The notes under the pieces were generated by a model. The model saw only the letters and a list, made by a program, of their open reading frames with translations. It searched no databases and was not told the origin of the DNA. Source: Blastocatellia bacterium (GTDB lineage: Bacteria; Acidobacteriota; Blastocatellia; UBA7656). From it: a DNA stretch of 64,000 bases. The DNA lies in contig CAVXWP010000002.1 of assembly GCA_963765495.1 (NCBI GenBank), positions 512,001 through 576,000 on the forward strand. The letters run 5' to 3'. Each line of letters starts with the position of its first letter. The first letter of the stretch is position 1. Shown here piece by piece: positions 1 to 10,670 of the stretch. Position numbers and translations under genes: made by a program.

Positions 1-250
1 CGGATTCGTCATCTCAGCGCGTCAGCACTTCGAAGCAGTGGCACTCGGCTATCAAAGCGAAGAGCTTCGGCGCGAGGCTATACAGCTTGAAGAAAAGAAG
101 CGCCAGCTTGAACTGGAGCACGCCCGCGCCTCTTCGCCGGTAGAGATCGTGCGGCAGGCAGAGAAGATAGGGCTTGAGCGAACAGGCGCAAGCGAAGACC
201 ACTCTGACTCGAAATCACAGACAGGCAGTACAAAGGGGGCGCGCCCGTAG
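1..250 (+). CDS. ftsL: cell division protein FtsL, 3' part (5' end outside window)
   Basis: Short coiled-coil ORF (…LRREAIQLEEKKRQLELEHARASSP…AEKIGL) directly upstream of ftsI. Confidence 0.75.
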   Translation, partial: GFVISARQHFEAVALGYQSEELRREAIQLEEKKRQLELEHARASSPVEIVRQAEKIGLERTGASEDHSDSKSQTGSTKGARP

Positions 251-298
251 TTTTCAGTCTCTGAGTAGTTTTCAGTCTCTGAAACGCAGGCTCGATAG

Positions 299-2407
299 AT
301 GATGAAAGCGAAGGCCAACAAAACTTCAACCAGGCGGCTGGTGATCATTCAGGTAGCGGTGATGGTGTGGACGCTGGCCATTGGCGTAAAGCTCGCCTGG
401 CTTCAGGTGCACGAACATGACTGGCTGCTGGCGCGCGCCGGAAGACAACAGCAATTCTCGGTGCCTCTCTCTCCAACCAGAGGTCTGATCTATGACTGCA
501 ACGGCAACGAGCTTGCCCGCTCGGTCAAAGTCAATTCGCTTTACGCAAGCCCGGCCGAAATTACCGACCCCGACATGGTCGCGGATCGCCTGTCCAGGCT
601 CCTTGATGTGGATCGCGATGCGCTTTTCAAACGCCTAACATCAAGCCTTGTGCTTGTGGCTGTAAAGCGCAAACTCACAGATGAAGAGTCGGCGAAAGTC
701 GAGGCTCTGAAGCTGCCCGGTCTTCGATTCGTGCCTGAGATGAAGCGATTCTATGTAAGCGGTGCCAGCGCTGCCCATGTGCTCGGGTTTGTCGATATGG
801 ACGAAAAGGGTGTGGGCGGGCTTGAGTTGACTTATGACAAGATGATCTGCGGGCAGGAAGGCAAATTGCTGCTTGACGTAGATGCGCTCAAAAAGTCCTA
901 CGATCACGAGATCGAAGAATCAATCCCCGGAGCAAACATCAACCTGACCATAGATATAATGATTCAGCACTACGCCGAAGAGGCGCTGGCTCGCGAGGTC
1001 CGTTCAAGCCACGCGCGGGGCGGCACCATCGTAGTCATCAGACCCGCTACGGGAGAGATTCTTGCTCTTGCCAACTATCCGACTTTCGATCCGAATAATG
1101 TAGCCGAGTCAAATGATATTCAGCGCCGCAATCGGGCAGTCGAGACCGCCTTCGAGCCCGGTTCGATATTCAAGATAGTCACCTACTCGGCGGCGCTCGA
1201 AGAGAAGATCATCACCCCCGATTCCAAGATTGATTGCCAGGGCGGGCAGATTCGTATCGCCAATCGTATTGTTCACGACCATCCTTATGGCGTGCTCACA
1301 GCCGCTCAGGCGCTTGCCAAATCATCCAACGTCGCGGCCATCAAACTGGGTTTGCGACTTGGCAATGAGCGGCTTGCAAGATACATAGACAAGTTCGGAT
1401 TTGGTCGCCGCACCGGCATAGAGCTTCCGGCCGAATCTCGCGGACTCTATAAGGACGTCAGCGAATGGGGGCCGACTTCTATCGGCTCGATACCAATGGG
1501 CCACGAAGTAGGCGTAACGGCATTGCAGGCCGTAGCCGCGTTTGCCGCGATTGCAAACGGCGGCATCTGGGTACAACCCCATCTGGTCAGCCAGGTCAGC
1601 TCTGCTTCCGGCGAAATTCTCCAGCAGTATAAAGGCGAATCACACCGGGTTGTGAGCGAAGCCACCGCAAATGCGTTAAAAGAGATGTTGGAAGGCGTAG
1701 TGGTTCGAGGAACAGGCAGGCGAGCGCAAATAAGCGGCTATCGAGCAGCGGGCAAGACCGGAACCGCGCAGAAAGTCGATCCTAAAACAGGTCGCTACTC
1801 TAATGTCGCGCATATCGCTTCGTTTGCCGGATTCGCTCCGGCAGACAACCCTGAGATTGCCTGCATAGTCTCGATAGACGAGCCGCAGGGAGCGCATCAC
1901 GGAGGTGACGTGGCTGCGCCGGTCTTTGCACAGGTGGTTTCCGACGCGCTGCACACTCTCGGAGTTCCGCCGGAGGATGATCCTCAGGCTCAAGTGGCTA
2001 TGAGTGATTTCCAGGTCTATGACGCGCCTCACGCAATATTTGACGGCCACGCTTCCGAAGAGAAACCCTCCGACAAGAGACCCGCGATTGACATCGCCAC
2101 CAACACGACTGAAAGGGCGGATGTTTCCAGACTGCGAAACCCGGTTGTTGTACCCGACCTCACAGGAAAAGGGCTTCGAGAGGCCATAGCGCTTTGCGCC
2201 TCGCGCGGATTGGACGTAGAGGCGAGCGGCGACGGCATAATAACAGGACAGAGCCCGCCGCCGGGCACGCTTGTCGCCGAAGAGACTACCTGTCATTTGA
2301 GATTATCGAAGCGAGTCGCAAAAAATGAGAGGCCCCCGGGCGCAAAACCGGCTTCGCGGCCCGCAACCAAAACAGCTAAAGGAGTGACGACGAGGGCCAA
2401 CTATTGA
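299..2407 (+). CDS. ftsI: penicillin-binding protein 3 / FtsI with C-terminal PASTA-like domain
   Basis: N-terminal TM helix; PBP dimerisation domain (RGLIYD); SxxK (EPGSIFK), SxN (SSN) and KTG motifs; VPDLTG PASTA-like segment. Confidence 0.95.
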   Translation: MMKAKANKTSTRRLVIIQVAVMVWTLAIGVKLAWLQVHEHDWLLARAGRQQQFSVPLSPTRGLIYDCNGNELARSVKVNSLYASPAEITDPDMVADRLSRLLDVDRDALFKRLTSSLVLVAVKRKLTDEESAKVEALKLPGLRFVPEMKRFYVSGASAAHVLGFVDMDEKGVGGLELTYDKMICGQEGKLLLDVDALKKSYDHEIEESIPGANINLTIDIMIQHYAEEALAREVRSSHARGGTIVVIRPATGEILALANYPTFDPNNVAESNDIQRRNRAVETAFEPGSIFKIVTYSAALEEKIITPDSKIDCQGGQIRIANRIVHDHPYGVLTAAQALAKSSNVAAIKLGLRLGNERLARYIDKFGFGRRTGIELPAESRGLYKDVSEWGPTSIGSIPMGHEVGVTALQAVAAFAAIANGGIWVQPHLVSQVSSASGEILQQYKGESHRVVSEATANALKEMLEGVVVRGTGRRAQISGYRAAGKTGTAQKVDPKTGRYSNVAHIASFAGFAPADNPEIACIVSIDEPQGAHHGGDVAAPVFAQVVSDALHTLGVPPEDDPQAQVAMSDFQVYDAPHAIFDGHASEEKPSDKRPAIDIATNTTERADVSRLRNPVVVPDLTGKGLREAIALCASRGLDVEASGDGIITGQSPPPGTLVAEETTCHLRLSKRVAKNERPPGAKPASRPATKTAKGVTTRANY

Positions 2408-2409
2408 AG

Positions 2410-2500
2410 TGTGATTCGTGATTCGTGATTTTCGGGCAGCCGATTTTTTTGCAAGCATCCTTTCTCACGAACCATGAATCAAGAATCACGGATCACGAAT
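2410..2500. repeat. inverted heptamer arrays (GTGATTC / GAATCAC)
   Basis: ftsI-murE junction; the same unit recurs at 11690-11785. Confidence 0.8.
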
Positions 2501-4049
2501 GAAACTCGCGGAACTGGCAAAAGAGATATGTGCGATTGCCGCCACCGGGGCGCTCGATTCCAATGCGCGCGATGTAACACACGACTCTCGCGCATGCGCT
2601 CCGGGCACCGTCTTTGTCGCTATCAGCGGAGAGAAAGTTGACGCGCACGACTTTATTTCGCAGGCGGTCGAGCGAGGCGCGGTCGCGGTTATCTCGGAGC
2701 GGCAGAGCGATCTGGCGCAGGCCCCGGCATGGATAGAGGTTTCCGATGCGCGAGGGGCTCAGGCTCAGGCGGCGGCAGCCGTGCACGGTCACCCGTCGCA
2801 AAAATTAAAGCTTGTGGGTATCACAGGGACGAACGGCAAGACAACGACTGCGCACTTGATAGATTCGATCATTAGAGCGGCAGAAGGAACATCGGCAATG
2901 TTCGGAACCATTCAATACAGAATAGCCGAAGAATCGGCGACCGCGCATCATACTACTCCTGAATCATCCGATATTCAGCGTATGCTTGCGCAGGCGGTCG
3001 CTGCCGGTTGCCGCTCTGCCGTGATGGAGGTCTCTTCTCATGCAATCGAGCTCCGTCGCGCGCTCGGCTTGAAGTTTGCCGCTGCCGTCTTCACCAATCT
3101 CACACGCGACCACCTCGATTATCACAAGACGATGGAAAGCTACTTCGCCGCAAAAGAGAAGCTCTTCAACGGGGGTGTAGGCTATGATCCCGGCGCGTCA
3201 ATAATCAATATTGACGACGAGTACGGGCGCAGGCTCACAAAGACTGCCAGAGGGGACAAGATCACCTACGGCTTCAACCCAAATGCCGATGTGCGCACGG
3301 ATGATTTTTCGATAACCGCACGCGGTCTTCGCTTCACGGCTCTCACGCCATCGGGACGCGCCGAAATCACATCATCGCTTGTTGGGCGGCCTCACGTTTA
3401 CAACACGCTCGCGGCCATCGCCACAGGATTGGCTCTGGGATTCGATTTGGAGACCGTGGCGCGCGGAGTGGCTGAAAACCCGGGCGTTGCCGGTCGCTTC
3501 GAGCGCGTAATACCTGATGACGAGCACCCGGCAGATTTCGCTGTCATCGTAGATTATGCGCACACAGACGATGCGTTAAAGAATGTCTTGCAAACAGCGC
3601 GTGAAATCGTCAGCGGGGGCCGGGGACCGGGGGCCGGGGACCGGGAAGAGACGAGGAGAGAATCATCGCATCAACAGGAGGCGGGGAGAGTCATAACTGT
3701 CTTTGGATGCGGCGGCGACAGGGATCGTACCAAGCGAGCGCCGATGGGTGAAATCGCCGCTCGCCTGAGCGATTTCGTTATAGCCACTTCGGATAATCCC
3801 CGAAGCGAGGATCCTCTGAAAATCATCGAAGATATCGAAGTTGGACTCAAAAGCGCGGGACAGCCTTATATAAGGATGGCTGACCGGCGCGATGCAATTT
3901 TTCGCGCGATCAATGAAGCGCAAAGGGGCGACATAGTTGTAATTGCGGGCAAGGGGCACGAGACGTATCAGATATTAGGCGATCAAACAATCCATTTCGA
4001 TGATCGCGAAGTAGCACGCGAAGCGATGAAACGAAGGGATGAGGGATGA
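2499..4049 (+). CDS. murE: UDP-MurNAc-tripeptide synthetase MurE
   Basis: GITGTNGKTTT, MEVSSH, TNLTRDHLDYH, VDYAH, GCGGDRD and DNPR (DAP-specificity) motifs. Confidence 0.97.
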   Translation: MKLAELAKEICAIAATGALDSNARDVTHDSRACAPGTVFVAISGEKVDAHDFISQAVERGAVAVISERQSDLAQAPAWIEVSDARGAQAQAAAAVHGHPSQKLKLVGITGTNGKTTTAHLIDSIIRAAEGTSAMFGTIQYRIAEESATAHHTTPESSDIQRMLAQAVAAGCRSAVMEVSSHAIELRRALGLKFAAAVFTNLTRDHLDYHKTMESYFAAKEKLFNGGVGYDPGASIINIDDEYGRRLTKTARGDKITYGFNPNADVRTDDFSITARGLRFTALTPSGRAEITSSLVGRPHVYNTLAAIATGLALGFDLETVARGVAENPGVAGRFERVIPDDEHPADFAVIVDYAHTDDALKNVLQTAREIVSGGRGPGAGDREETRRESSHQQEAGRVITVFGCGGDRDRTKRAPMGEIAARLSDFVIATSDNPRSEDPLKIIEDIEVGLKSAGQPYIRMADRRDAIFRAINEAQRGDIVVIAGKGHETYQILGDQTIHFDDREVAREAMKRRDEG

Positions 4050-4153
4050 GGGATGAGGGATGAAAAGGACTGGCAGGAAAGACTTCGATAAATGGTCGTT
4101 CGGATTAATCAGGCTGTGACCAGCCTCCTTTTCATCCCTCATCCCTCATCCCT
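4035..4153. repeat. inverted heptamer arrays (GGATGAG / CTCATCC)
   Basis: murE-mraY junction; arms ~28 bp, near-perfect. Confidence 0.85.
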
Positions 4154-4161
4154 GCTGAGGC

Positions 4162-5271
4162 GTGATGTTTTATTACTTAAAACTATTTCAGGACGTCCAC
4201 GATAGCCTTTCGTTTCTGCGGCTGTTCGATTTCGTCACGTTTCGCACGGCCTGGGCGGCTATAACGGCGCTTGTCATCAGCCTGATGTTTGGTCCGCGAA
4301 TGATTTCGATGTTGAGGCAATTTCAAATCGGCCAGCAAATCCGCGAGGAAGGACCGCGCTCGCATCAGTCCAAGCGCGGGACTCCCACTATGGGCGGAGT
4401 GCTGATTATCCTTGCCGTAACAATCTCGACTCTGCTGTGGTCGAATCTTTCGGTCGCTTACGTCTGGGTGGCGGTCGGCGCAACCGTAGCGTTTGGCGCG
4501 ATAGGCTTTGCCGACGATTATCTAAAGATCAAGCGCCAGCATAATCTGGGGCTTACAGGAAAAGAAAAACTCGCTCTGCAATTCGCCGTAGCTATCATAA
4601 TGGGGCTGGTGCTTCACTATTTCACCGCCTACAACACAAAGCTGAGCGTGCCTTTTGTAAAGACGTTTAACCCTGAGATATGGTGGCCGATTTATCTGCT
4701 CGTATTTGCGCCCATAGTGGTTGTCGGATGCTCGAATTCCGTGAATCTTACGGACGGGCTGGACGGGCTGGCTATCTCCGTCACTATGGTGACGGCGGCG
4801 GCGCTCACGGGCTTTACCTATGTTACCGGCCATGTAGTTTTCGCCAATTATCTGGGTCTGGTCTTTAACTCAGAGGTTCACGAGTTGACTATCTTCTGCG
4901 CCGCGCTGACAGGGGCAAGCCTCGGTTTTTTATGGTTCAACGCACCGCCCGCCGAAGTCTTCATGGGTGATGTGGGATCGCTCGGAATCGGAGGAGCCAT
5001 AGGCGCGGTCGCGGTGATGATAAAGCAGGAATTCCTGCTTGTGATGATCGGAGGCGTATTCGTCATCGAAGGGTTGTCGGTCATTTTGCAGGTTGCCTCT
5101 TTTAAGCTGTTTCGCAGACGAATTTTCAAGATGGCTCCGCTGCATCATCATTTCGAACTGTCGTACCCGCCGGAGGTCTCGCGGCGCATGGAATCAAAGA
5201 TAGTCTTTCGATTTCTTATACTGGCGATACTGCTCGCGCTGCTCGCGCTTTCCACTTTGAAGCTCAGGTAA
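4162..5271 (+). CDS. mraY: phospho-MurNAc-pentapeptide transferase MraY
   Basis: [31 protein letters not shown] and APLHHHFE motifs. Confidence 0.97.
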   Translation: MMFYYLKLFQDVHDSLSFLRLFDFVTFRTAWAAITALVISLMFGPRMISMLRQFQIGQQIREEGPRSHQSKRGTPTMGGVLIILAVTISTLLWSNLSVAYVWVAVGATVAFGAIGFADDYLKIKRQHNLGLTGKEKLALQFAVAIIMGLVLHYFTAYNTKLSVPFVKTFNPEIWWPIYLLVFAPIVVVGCSNSVNLTDGLDGLAISVTMVTAAALTGFTYVTGHVVFANYLGLVFNSEVHELTIFCAALTGASLGFLWFNAPPAEVFMGDVGSLGIGGAIGAVAVMIKQEFLLVMIGGVFVIEGLSVILQVASFKLFRRRIFKMAPLHHHFELSYPPEVSRRMESKIVFRFLILAILLALLALSTLKLR

Positions 5272-5273
5272 GA

Positions 5274-5330
5274 GAGTTTTGAGTTTTGAGTTTTGAGTTT
5301 TGAGTTTTGAGTTTTGAGTTTTGAGTTTTT
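5274..5330. repeat. tandem heptamer (GAGTTTT) x8
   Basis: mraY-murD junction. Confidence 0.9.
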
Positions 5331-5335
5331 TCGAA

Positions 5336-6766
5336 ATGGAATTGGAAGGCAAAAAGGTACTGGTCGTCGGCATCGCTCGCAGCGGAGTGGCGGCTGCTCG
5401 GCTGCTCGCCTCCCGAGGTGCGATGGTGATAGCAAACGACATCCGCAACGAGTCGGCGCTCGTTTCCGAGGTCGAGCAGTTACGCGAGGCGGGCGTGATG
5501 ATTTCGCTTGGCAGCCATCCTGAAAGCCTCTTTGATAATGCCGATCTGATAGTGCTATCTCCGGGCGTGCCGGGCAATATCGCGCCGCTTCAAATAGCCC
5601 GACGGGCCGGTATCAAAATCATCAGCGAGGTCGAGCTTGCTTCTCGCTTCCTGCGAGGCAGATGGATCGGCATCACGGGCTCGAACGGCAAGACCACGAC
5701 TACGGCGCTTATAAATGAGTTGATGCGCGCGGCGGGCGCGAAAACCATAGTAGGAGGAAACATAGGCACGGCGCTCACAAGCATGGTCGAAGCATCGAGT
5801 GACGATTCGTGGATCGTGGCGGAGCTTTCCAGCTTTCAACTCGAAGAGATCGAGAAACTGCGGCCAGAGGTTGCGCTCATCACAAACATCACGCCCGATC
5901 ACCTTGACCGCTACGACTCGCTCGATGATTACGTGCGGGCCAAACACCGGATATTTATGAACCAGTCGGGTTCTGATTGGGCTGTGCTGAACGGCCAGGA
6001 CCCGACCATCAACGAGATGGTTTTGTCGATGGGAGTGCCTTCCAAACGTGTCTATTTCAGTTCGCGCGGAAGCGGCACGCTCTCGGGCGAGAGGGCCGGA
6101 ATCTATGTAAGCGGCGACCGGATCGTCACGACGCTTCTGGCCGAAGGCGATAGCGAAATCGATGTAATCGCGCTCGAAGACATCTCAATACCCGGCATGC
6201 ACAATGTCGAAAACGTGATGGCCGCGCTCGCCGTGACCTTTTGCGCGAAGGAGATAGGTGAGAGCGATCTGCCCGCTTTGCGAGATGCCATCAAAGGTTT
6301 CAAGGGCGTAGAGCATCGCATCGAGTTCGTAGCTGAAATTGACGGGGTTAAATTCTACAACGATTCTAAGGCGACCAATGTTGATTCGACAATAAAGGCG
6401 CTTGAGGCTTTTGCCGGAAATCTGATCCTGATTCTGGGCGGTAAAGACAAGGGCAGCGACTACACTCTGCTTGAGACGCTCGTGCAAGAGCGCGTCAAGC
6501 AAATAATTCTGATCGGCGCGGCGAGCGATAAAATCCTTGGGCAGTTAGAGGGTACGCGCCCGATGACTCGCGCGTCTTCGATGGAAGACGCCGTGATGAA
6601 ATCCCTTGAGAGGGCCGTGCCCGGCGATACGGTGCTGCTCTCTCCGGCCTGCGCCAGCTACGATATGTTCGACAACTACGAACATCGTGGCCGCGTGTTT
6701 AAGGAAGCGGTTCTCAAACTGACCAAACGGCTCGACCACGGGGAGAGCGGCGCGGTCACGATGTAA
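5336..6766 (+). CDS. murD: UDP-MurNAc-L-Ala:D-Glu ligase MurD
   Basis: LSPGVP, GITGSNGKTTT, ELSSFQL, DHLDRY, NDSKATN and LSPACASYD motifs; ATG at 5336 follows the GAGTTTT repeat. Confidence 0.97.
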   Translation: MELEGKKVLVVGIARSGVAAARLLASRGAMVIANDIRNESALVSEVEQLREAGVMISLGSHPESLFDNADLIVLSPGVPGNIAPLQIARRAGIKIISEVELASRFLRGRWIGITGSNGKTTTTALINELMRAAGAKTIVGGNIGTALTSMVEASSDDSWIVAELSSFQLEEIEKLRPEVALITNITPDHLDRYDSLDDYVRAKHRIFMNQSGSDWAVLNGQDPTINEMVLSMGVPSKRVYFSSRGSGTLSGERAGIYVSGDRIVTTLLAEGDSEIDVIALEDISIPGMHNVENVMAALAVTFCAKEIGESDLPALRDAIKGFKGVEHRIEFVAEIDGVKFYNDSKATNVDSTIKALEAFAGNLILILGGKDKGSDYTLLETLVQERVKQIILIGAASDKILGQLEGTRPMTRASSMEDAVMKSLERAVPGDTVLLSPACASYDMFDNYEHRGRVFKEAVLKLTKRLDHGESGAVTM

Positions 6767-6778
6767 GGCGGAGTCCAG

Positions 6779-7963
6779 GTGAAAACAGGTTACAAGGTGA
6801 CAAACCCGCGATGGAAGCGTGACCGCGCGCCGCTTTCCGGCATGGCGACAGGGAGTCTGAATGCCGGGCGCGAGTTGTCTGTTGACAAGCTGTTGCTGAC
6901 GCTCGTGATAGGGCTGACGCTGTTCGGGGTAGTAATGGTCTACAGCGCATCGGCCATACTGGCTGAACAGAATTACGGCAGCCAGTTTTACTTTCTCACC
7001 CGGCAGGCAATATGGGCCGGACTTGGCCTTGTGGCAATGGCCGTCGCCATGCGAATAGATTATCGCCACTACAAGCGACCGGCGGTCGTGATGACATTGT
7101 TAGGTGTGACTTTCCTGCTTCTGGTTGCGGTATTCGCCTTTCCAAAGGTCAATGCCACACACCGATGGATCAGATACGGCGGGTTCTTTTCACTGCAACC
7201 GGCTGAATTTGCCAAACTGGCTCTGGTAGCCTTTTTGGGGTTCTTCCTTGAAAGGAAAGCCAAAGAATTGGACGACTTGAAAGAGACATTTTTGCCCGTG
7301 GTCGCGATATCGGGATTGATGATAGTGCTGGTGGCTGCCGAACCCGATCTGGGCACGGCAATGTCTTTGGGGCTTGTGTTCGTAGTCATGGCCTTTCAAG
7401 CCGGTGTTCCCGTGCGCCGTCTTGCATTGCTGGCTGTCCCGGCAGCGCCCGCGCTGGCCGGGATGCTCATATTCGTGCCGTGGAGGCTCCAGCGCCTGAT
7501 GGATTTCGTAGACCCGTGGAAGAATCAGACTACTTCGGGATTTCAAGTAGTTCAATCGCTGATAGCGATAGGGAGCGGGGGGACAAGCGGAGTCGGATTC
7601 GCGCAGGGCAAGCAGAAGCTTTTTTATTTGCCCGCGCCGCACTCTGATTTCATATTCGCGGTCATCGGTGAAGAGTTGGGATTGATCGGGTCGATCACTA
7701 TCGTCTTTCTCTTCGCAATGCTGGCTTGGCGCGGGTTCAAAGCGGCGAAATGCGCCCCCGACATGTTTGGACAACTCGTAGCCGTAGGAATGACCGTGAT
7801 GATCGCGGCACAGGCATTCTTTAATATGAGTGTGGCGCTTTCGCTTGTGCCTACCAAAGGCATACCGTTGCCCTTCATCAGCCACGGCGGCTCGTCGCTT
7901 GCCATCAGCCTGTTTGCAGCGGGCGTGCTGTTGAATGTGTCCAAACACGGGAGGACGGGGTGA
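6779..7963 (+). CDS. ftsW: SEDS peptidoglycan glycosyltransferase FtsW
   Basis: MVYSAS, LQPAEFAK, EPDLG, HSDFIFAVIGEELG and PTKGIPLPFIS motifs; start uncertain (alternative ATG at 6842). Confidence 0.95.
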   Translation: MKTGYKVTNPRWKRDRAPLSGMATGSLNAGRELSVDKLLLTLVIGLTLFGVVMVYSASAILAEQNYGSQFYFLTRQAIWAGLGLVAMAVAMRIDYRHYKRPAVVMTLLGVTFLLLVAVFAFPKVNATHRWIRYGGFFSLQPAEFAKLALVAFLGFFLERKAKELDDLKETFLPVVAISGLMIVLVAAEPDLGTAMSLGLVFVVMAFQAGVPVRRLALLAVPAAPALAGMLIFVPWRLQRLMDFVDPWKNQTTSGFQVVQSLIAIGSGGTSGVGFAQGKQKLFYLPAPHSDFIFAVIGEELGLIGSITIVFLFAMLAWRGFKAAKCAPDMFGQLVAVGMTVMIAAQAFFNMSVALSLVPTKGIPLPFISHGGSSLAISLFAAGVLLNVSKHGRTG

Positions 7964-8060
7964 TTTTAGATTTTGGATTTTGGATTTGAAGAGATAATTT
8001 GCATACAGCTTTAATACTCAATCCAAAAATCTAAAATCCAAAATCCAAAATCCAAAATTG
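7962..8060. repeat. inverted heptamer arrays (GATTTTG / CAAAATC)
   Basis: ftsW-murG junction. Confidence 0.85.
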
Positions 8061-8062
8061 AT

Positions 8063-9148
8063 ATGAGGGTCATCATCGCGGCGGGCGGGACAGGCGGGCA
8101 TATTTATCCGGGCGTGGCCATCGCGCACGAACTCAGACGGCGCGATCCCGGCGCGGAGATTCTCTTTGTAGGCACGGCGCGAGGGCTTGAATCGAAGATC
8201 GTGCCGCGTGAAGGCTTCGAGCTGGAATTGATAAAGGTAGGCGCTCTCAAGGGCGTATCGGTCTTTGAAAGAACAAAGTCGCTTTCGGAACTGCCCACAA
8301 GTTTTGTCTCCGCGCTCGGGATACTGAGGCGATTCCGGCCCGATGTGGTAATCGGAGTTGGCGGCTATTCGTCGGGGCCTACGCTGTTGATGGCGGCGCT
8401 TCGGAGGATACCCACGATGGTCGTGGAGCCAAACGCGATGCCCGGCTTTACAAATCGCGTGCTGGCGCGTTTCGTAAAGGCCGCCGCGCTGACATTTGAA
8501 GAGGCGAAGCCGTATTTCCGTGGTCGCGCGGTTGTGACGGGGAACCCGGTTCGCGGCGACTTTGCAAACTTGAAGAAGAAAGAGAGAGGCGATAAGTTGC
8601 ACATCCTTATATTTGGGGGCAGTCAGGGCGCGCATGCCATAAATACTACGATGGCACAGGCTCTGCCTTTGCTCGCAAATAAGAGAGATGATCTGGTCAT
8701 CACGCATCAGACCGGCGAGCGGGATTTGGAAGAGGTCAAGCGCGGATACGCGGAGGCCGGTTTTGAAGGCGCTGACGTGAGGCCGTTCATACACGACATG
8801 GCCAGCCATTTCGAGCAGGCGGATGTGCTGATATGCAGGGCGGGCGCTACGACAGCGGCAGAGGTCGCGGCAGCCGGGAAGGCGGCAATATTTGTTCCCT
8901 TCCCTTTTGCGACCGACGACCATCAGCGCAAAAACGCCGAGGCATTTCAAAACGCGGGCGCGGGCCGGATGATACTTCAACAGGAGTTGTCGCCCGAACG
9001 GATGGCCAAAGAGATAATCAACTTGATCGAGCGACCCGAAGAGATCAGCCGTATGGAAGAGGCCAGCCGCGCGCTCGGCCACAAGGATTCGACCGAGCGC
9101 GCCGTTGATCTGGCATTTGAGATTTCAAATTTGAGGTCTGAGATTTGA
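8063..9148 (+). CDS. murG: undecaprenyl-PP-MurNAc-pentapeptide GlcNAc transferase MurG
   Basis: [23 protein letters not shown] and CRAGATT motifs. Confidence 0.97.
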   Translation: MRVIIAAGGTGGHIYPGVAIAHELRRRDPGAEILFVGTARGLESKIVPREGFELELIKVGALKGVSVFERTKSLSELPTSFVSALGILRRFRPDVVIGVGGYSSGPTLLMAALRRIPTMVVEPNAMPGFTNRVLARFVKAAALTFEEAKPYFRGRAVVTGNPVRGDFANLKKKERGDKLHILIFGGSQGAHAINTTMAQALPLLANKRDDLVITHQTGERDLEEVKRGYAEAGFEGADVRPFIHDMASHFEQADVLICRAGATTAAEVAAAGKAAIFVPFPFATDDHQRKNAEAFQNAGAGRMILQQELSPERMAKEIINLIERPEEISRMEEASRALGHKDSTERAVDLAFEISNLRSEI

Positions 9149-9158
9149 GATTCGATTT

Positions 9159-10538
9159 ATGCTTTTTAGAGGAATAAGACATATTCACCTAGTCGGCATA
9201 GGCGGAATCGGCATGAGCGGAATCGCCGAGGTCCTGCTCTCGCTTGGCGAAAACTTCCGCGTGACCGGAAGCGATATGAAACGCTCGCCGATTACCGACC
9301 GGCTTGAAGCGATGGGCGCAACCGTCTGGGAAGGTCACAGCAGCGAACACATCGCCGAGGCCGATGTGGTTGTCATCTCGTCAGCAATACGAGACGACAA
9401 CCCGGAGGTGACGGCGGCGCGCCAGCGATTGATTCCAGTCATTCCGCGCGCCGAGATGCTTGCGGAATTGATGCGGCTTTACCGCCACGGAATAGCGGTC
9501 GCGGGCACTCACGGCAAGACCACGACTACTTCGATGATCGCGCATCTGATGACCGCTACGAGTTTCGACCCGGCCGTAGTCGTCGGGGGTCGCGTGGCTT
9601 CGCTTGGTTCGAATGCCCGGCTCGGGCGGGGCGAATACATCGTCGTGGAGGCGGATGAATCGGACGGGTCGCTTTTGATGCTTACGCCGACAATCGCCGT
9701 GCTTACAAACATTGACAGCGACCATCTCGACTTTTTTTGCGGAGGGATCGACGAAATAAAAACCTGCTTCGCATCATTCGTCAACAGAGTGCCGTTTTAC
9801 GGCTCGATCATCCTCTGCCTCGACGATCAAAACGTGCAGGAGATCATCCCGCAGATCGCCCGGCGAACGATCAGCTACGGGCTTGCGGCGCAGGCCGATG
9901 TTTCGGCGTGGAATGTTCAGTCGAACGCGAATTTCGGCTCGGAATTCACCGTGCGCGCCTTTGGTTCTGAGATGGGAAAGATGACGCTTCCGGTGCCCGG
10001 TCTCCATAACGTCTACAACGCACTGGCCACGGTGGCGGTGGGGCTGGACCTCAACATGGAGTTCGACTCGATAGTCGAGGCTATGAGCGGGTTTCACGGA
10101 GCCGAGCGAAGGTTTCAGATCAAAGGCGAAGAATCGGGCGTACTGGTCGTCGACGATTACGGTCATCATCCGACCGAGATAAAGGCGACGCTCGCCGCCG
10201 CGCGCACTTCGGGTCGGCGGGTTATCACCCTGTTTCAGCCGCATCGCTACACGCGCACGCGCGACCTTTTGGACGATTTCGCCCGCGCCTTTTATGGCGC
10301 TGACATACTGCTTGTCGCAGATATTTATGCGGCGAGCGAAGACCCGATTGAGGGAATAACCGGCCAGGCACTGGCCGAAAAAATAGAGCGCTTCGGCCAC
10401 CGACATGTCGAGTATATTGGCAAACTCGCGAGCGCAGCCCCAAGATTGAAAGAGATCGCCCAGCCCGGCGACCTCGTTCTGACGCTCGGAGCAGGCAACG
10501 TGTGGCAAGCAGGAGAAGAGTTGCTCAAAATCCTATGA
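9159..10538 (+). CDS. murC: UDP-MurNAc:L-Ala ligase MurC
   Basis: [36 protein letters not shown] and FQPHRYTRT motifs. Confidence 0.97.
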   Translation: MLFRGIRHIHLVGIGGIGMSGIAEVLLSLGENFRVTGSDMKRSPITDRLEAMGATVWEGHSSEHIAEADVVVISSAIRDDNPEVTAARQRLIPVIPRAEMLAELMRLYRHGIAVAGTHGKTTTTSMIAHLMTATSFDPAVVVGGRVASLGSNARLGRGEYIVVEADESDGSLLMLTPTIAVLTNIDSDHLDFFCGGIDEIKTCFASFVNRVPFYGSIILCLDDQNVQEIIPQIARRTISYGLAAQADVSAWNVQSNANFGSEFTVRAFGSEMGKMTLPVPGLHNVYNALATVAVGLDLNMEFDSIVEAMSGFHGAERRFQIKGEESGVLVVDDYGHHPTEIKATLAAARTSGRRVITLFQPHRYTRTRDLLDDFARAFYGADILLVADIYAASEDPIEGITGQALAEKIERFGHRHVEYIGKLASAAPRLKEIAQPGDLVLTLGAGNVWQAGEELLKIL

Positions 10539-10670
10539 AAAGAAGTCACACAGACACGCGGGTCAAGAGACCCCCGGACGCGGAGAGACGGGGACGCGGC
10601 GAAAAGGGCATGAATTTTATCAGCCCCGCCCGCCGAGCAAATCCCCGCATCCCGGCGTCTGCGCGTCTCC

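Noticed and set aside
248-283. 18-bp tandem duplication TAGTTTTCAGTCTCTGAG
   Set aside because: Two copies only, most simply replication slippage; no further structure.
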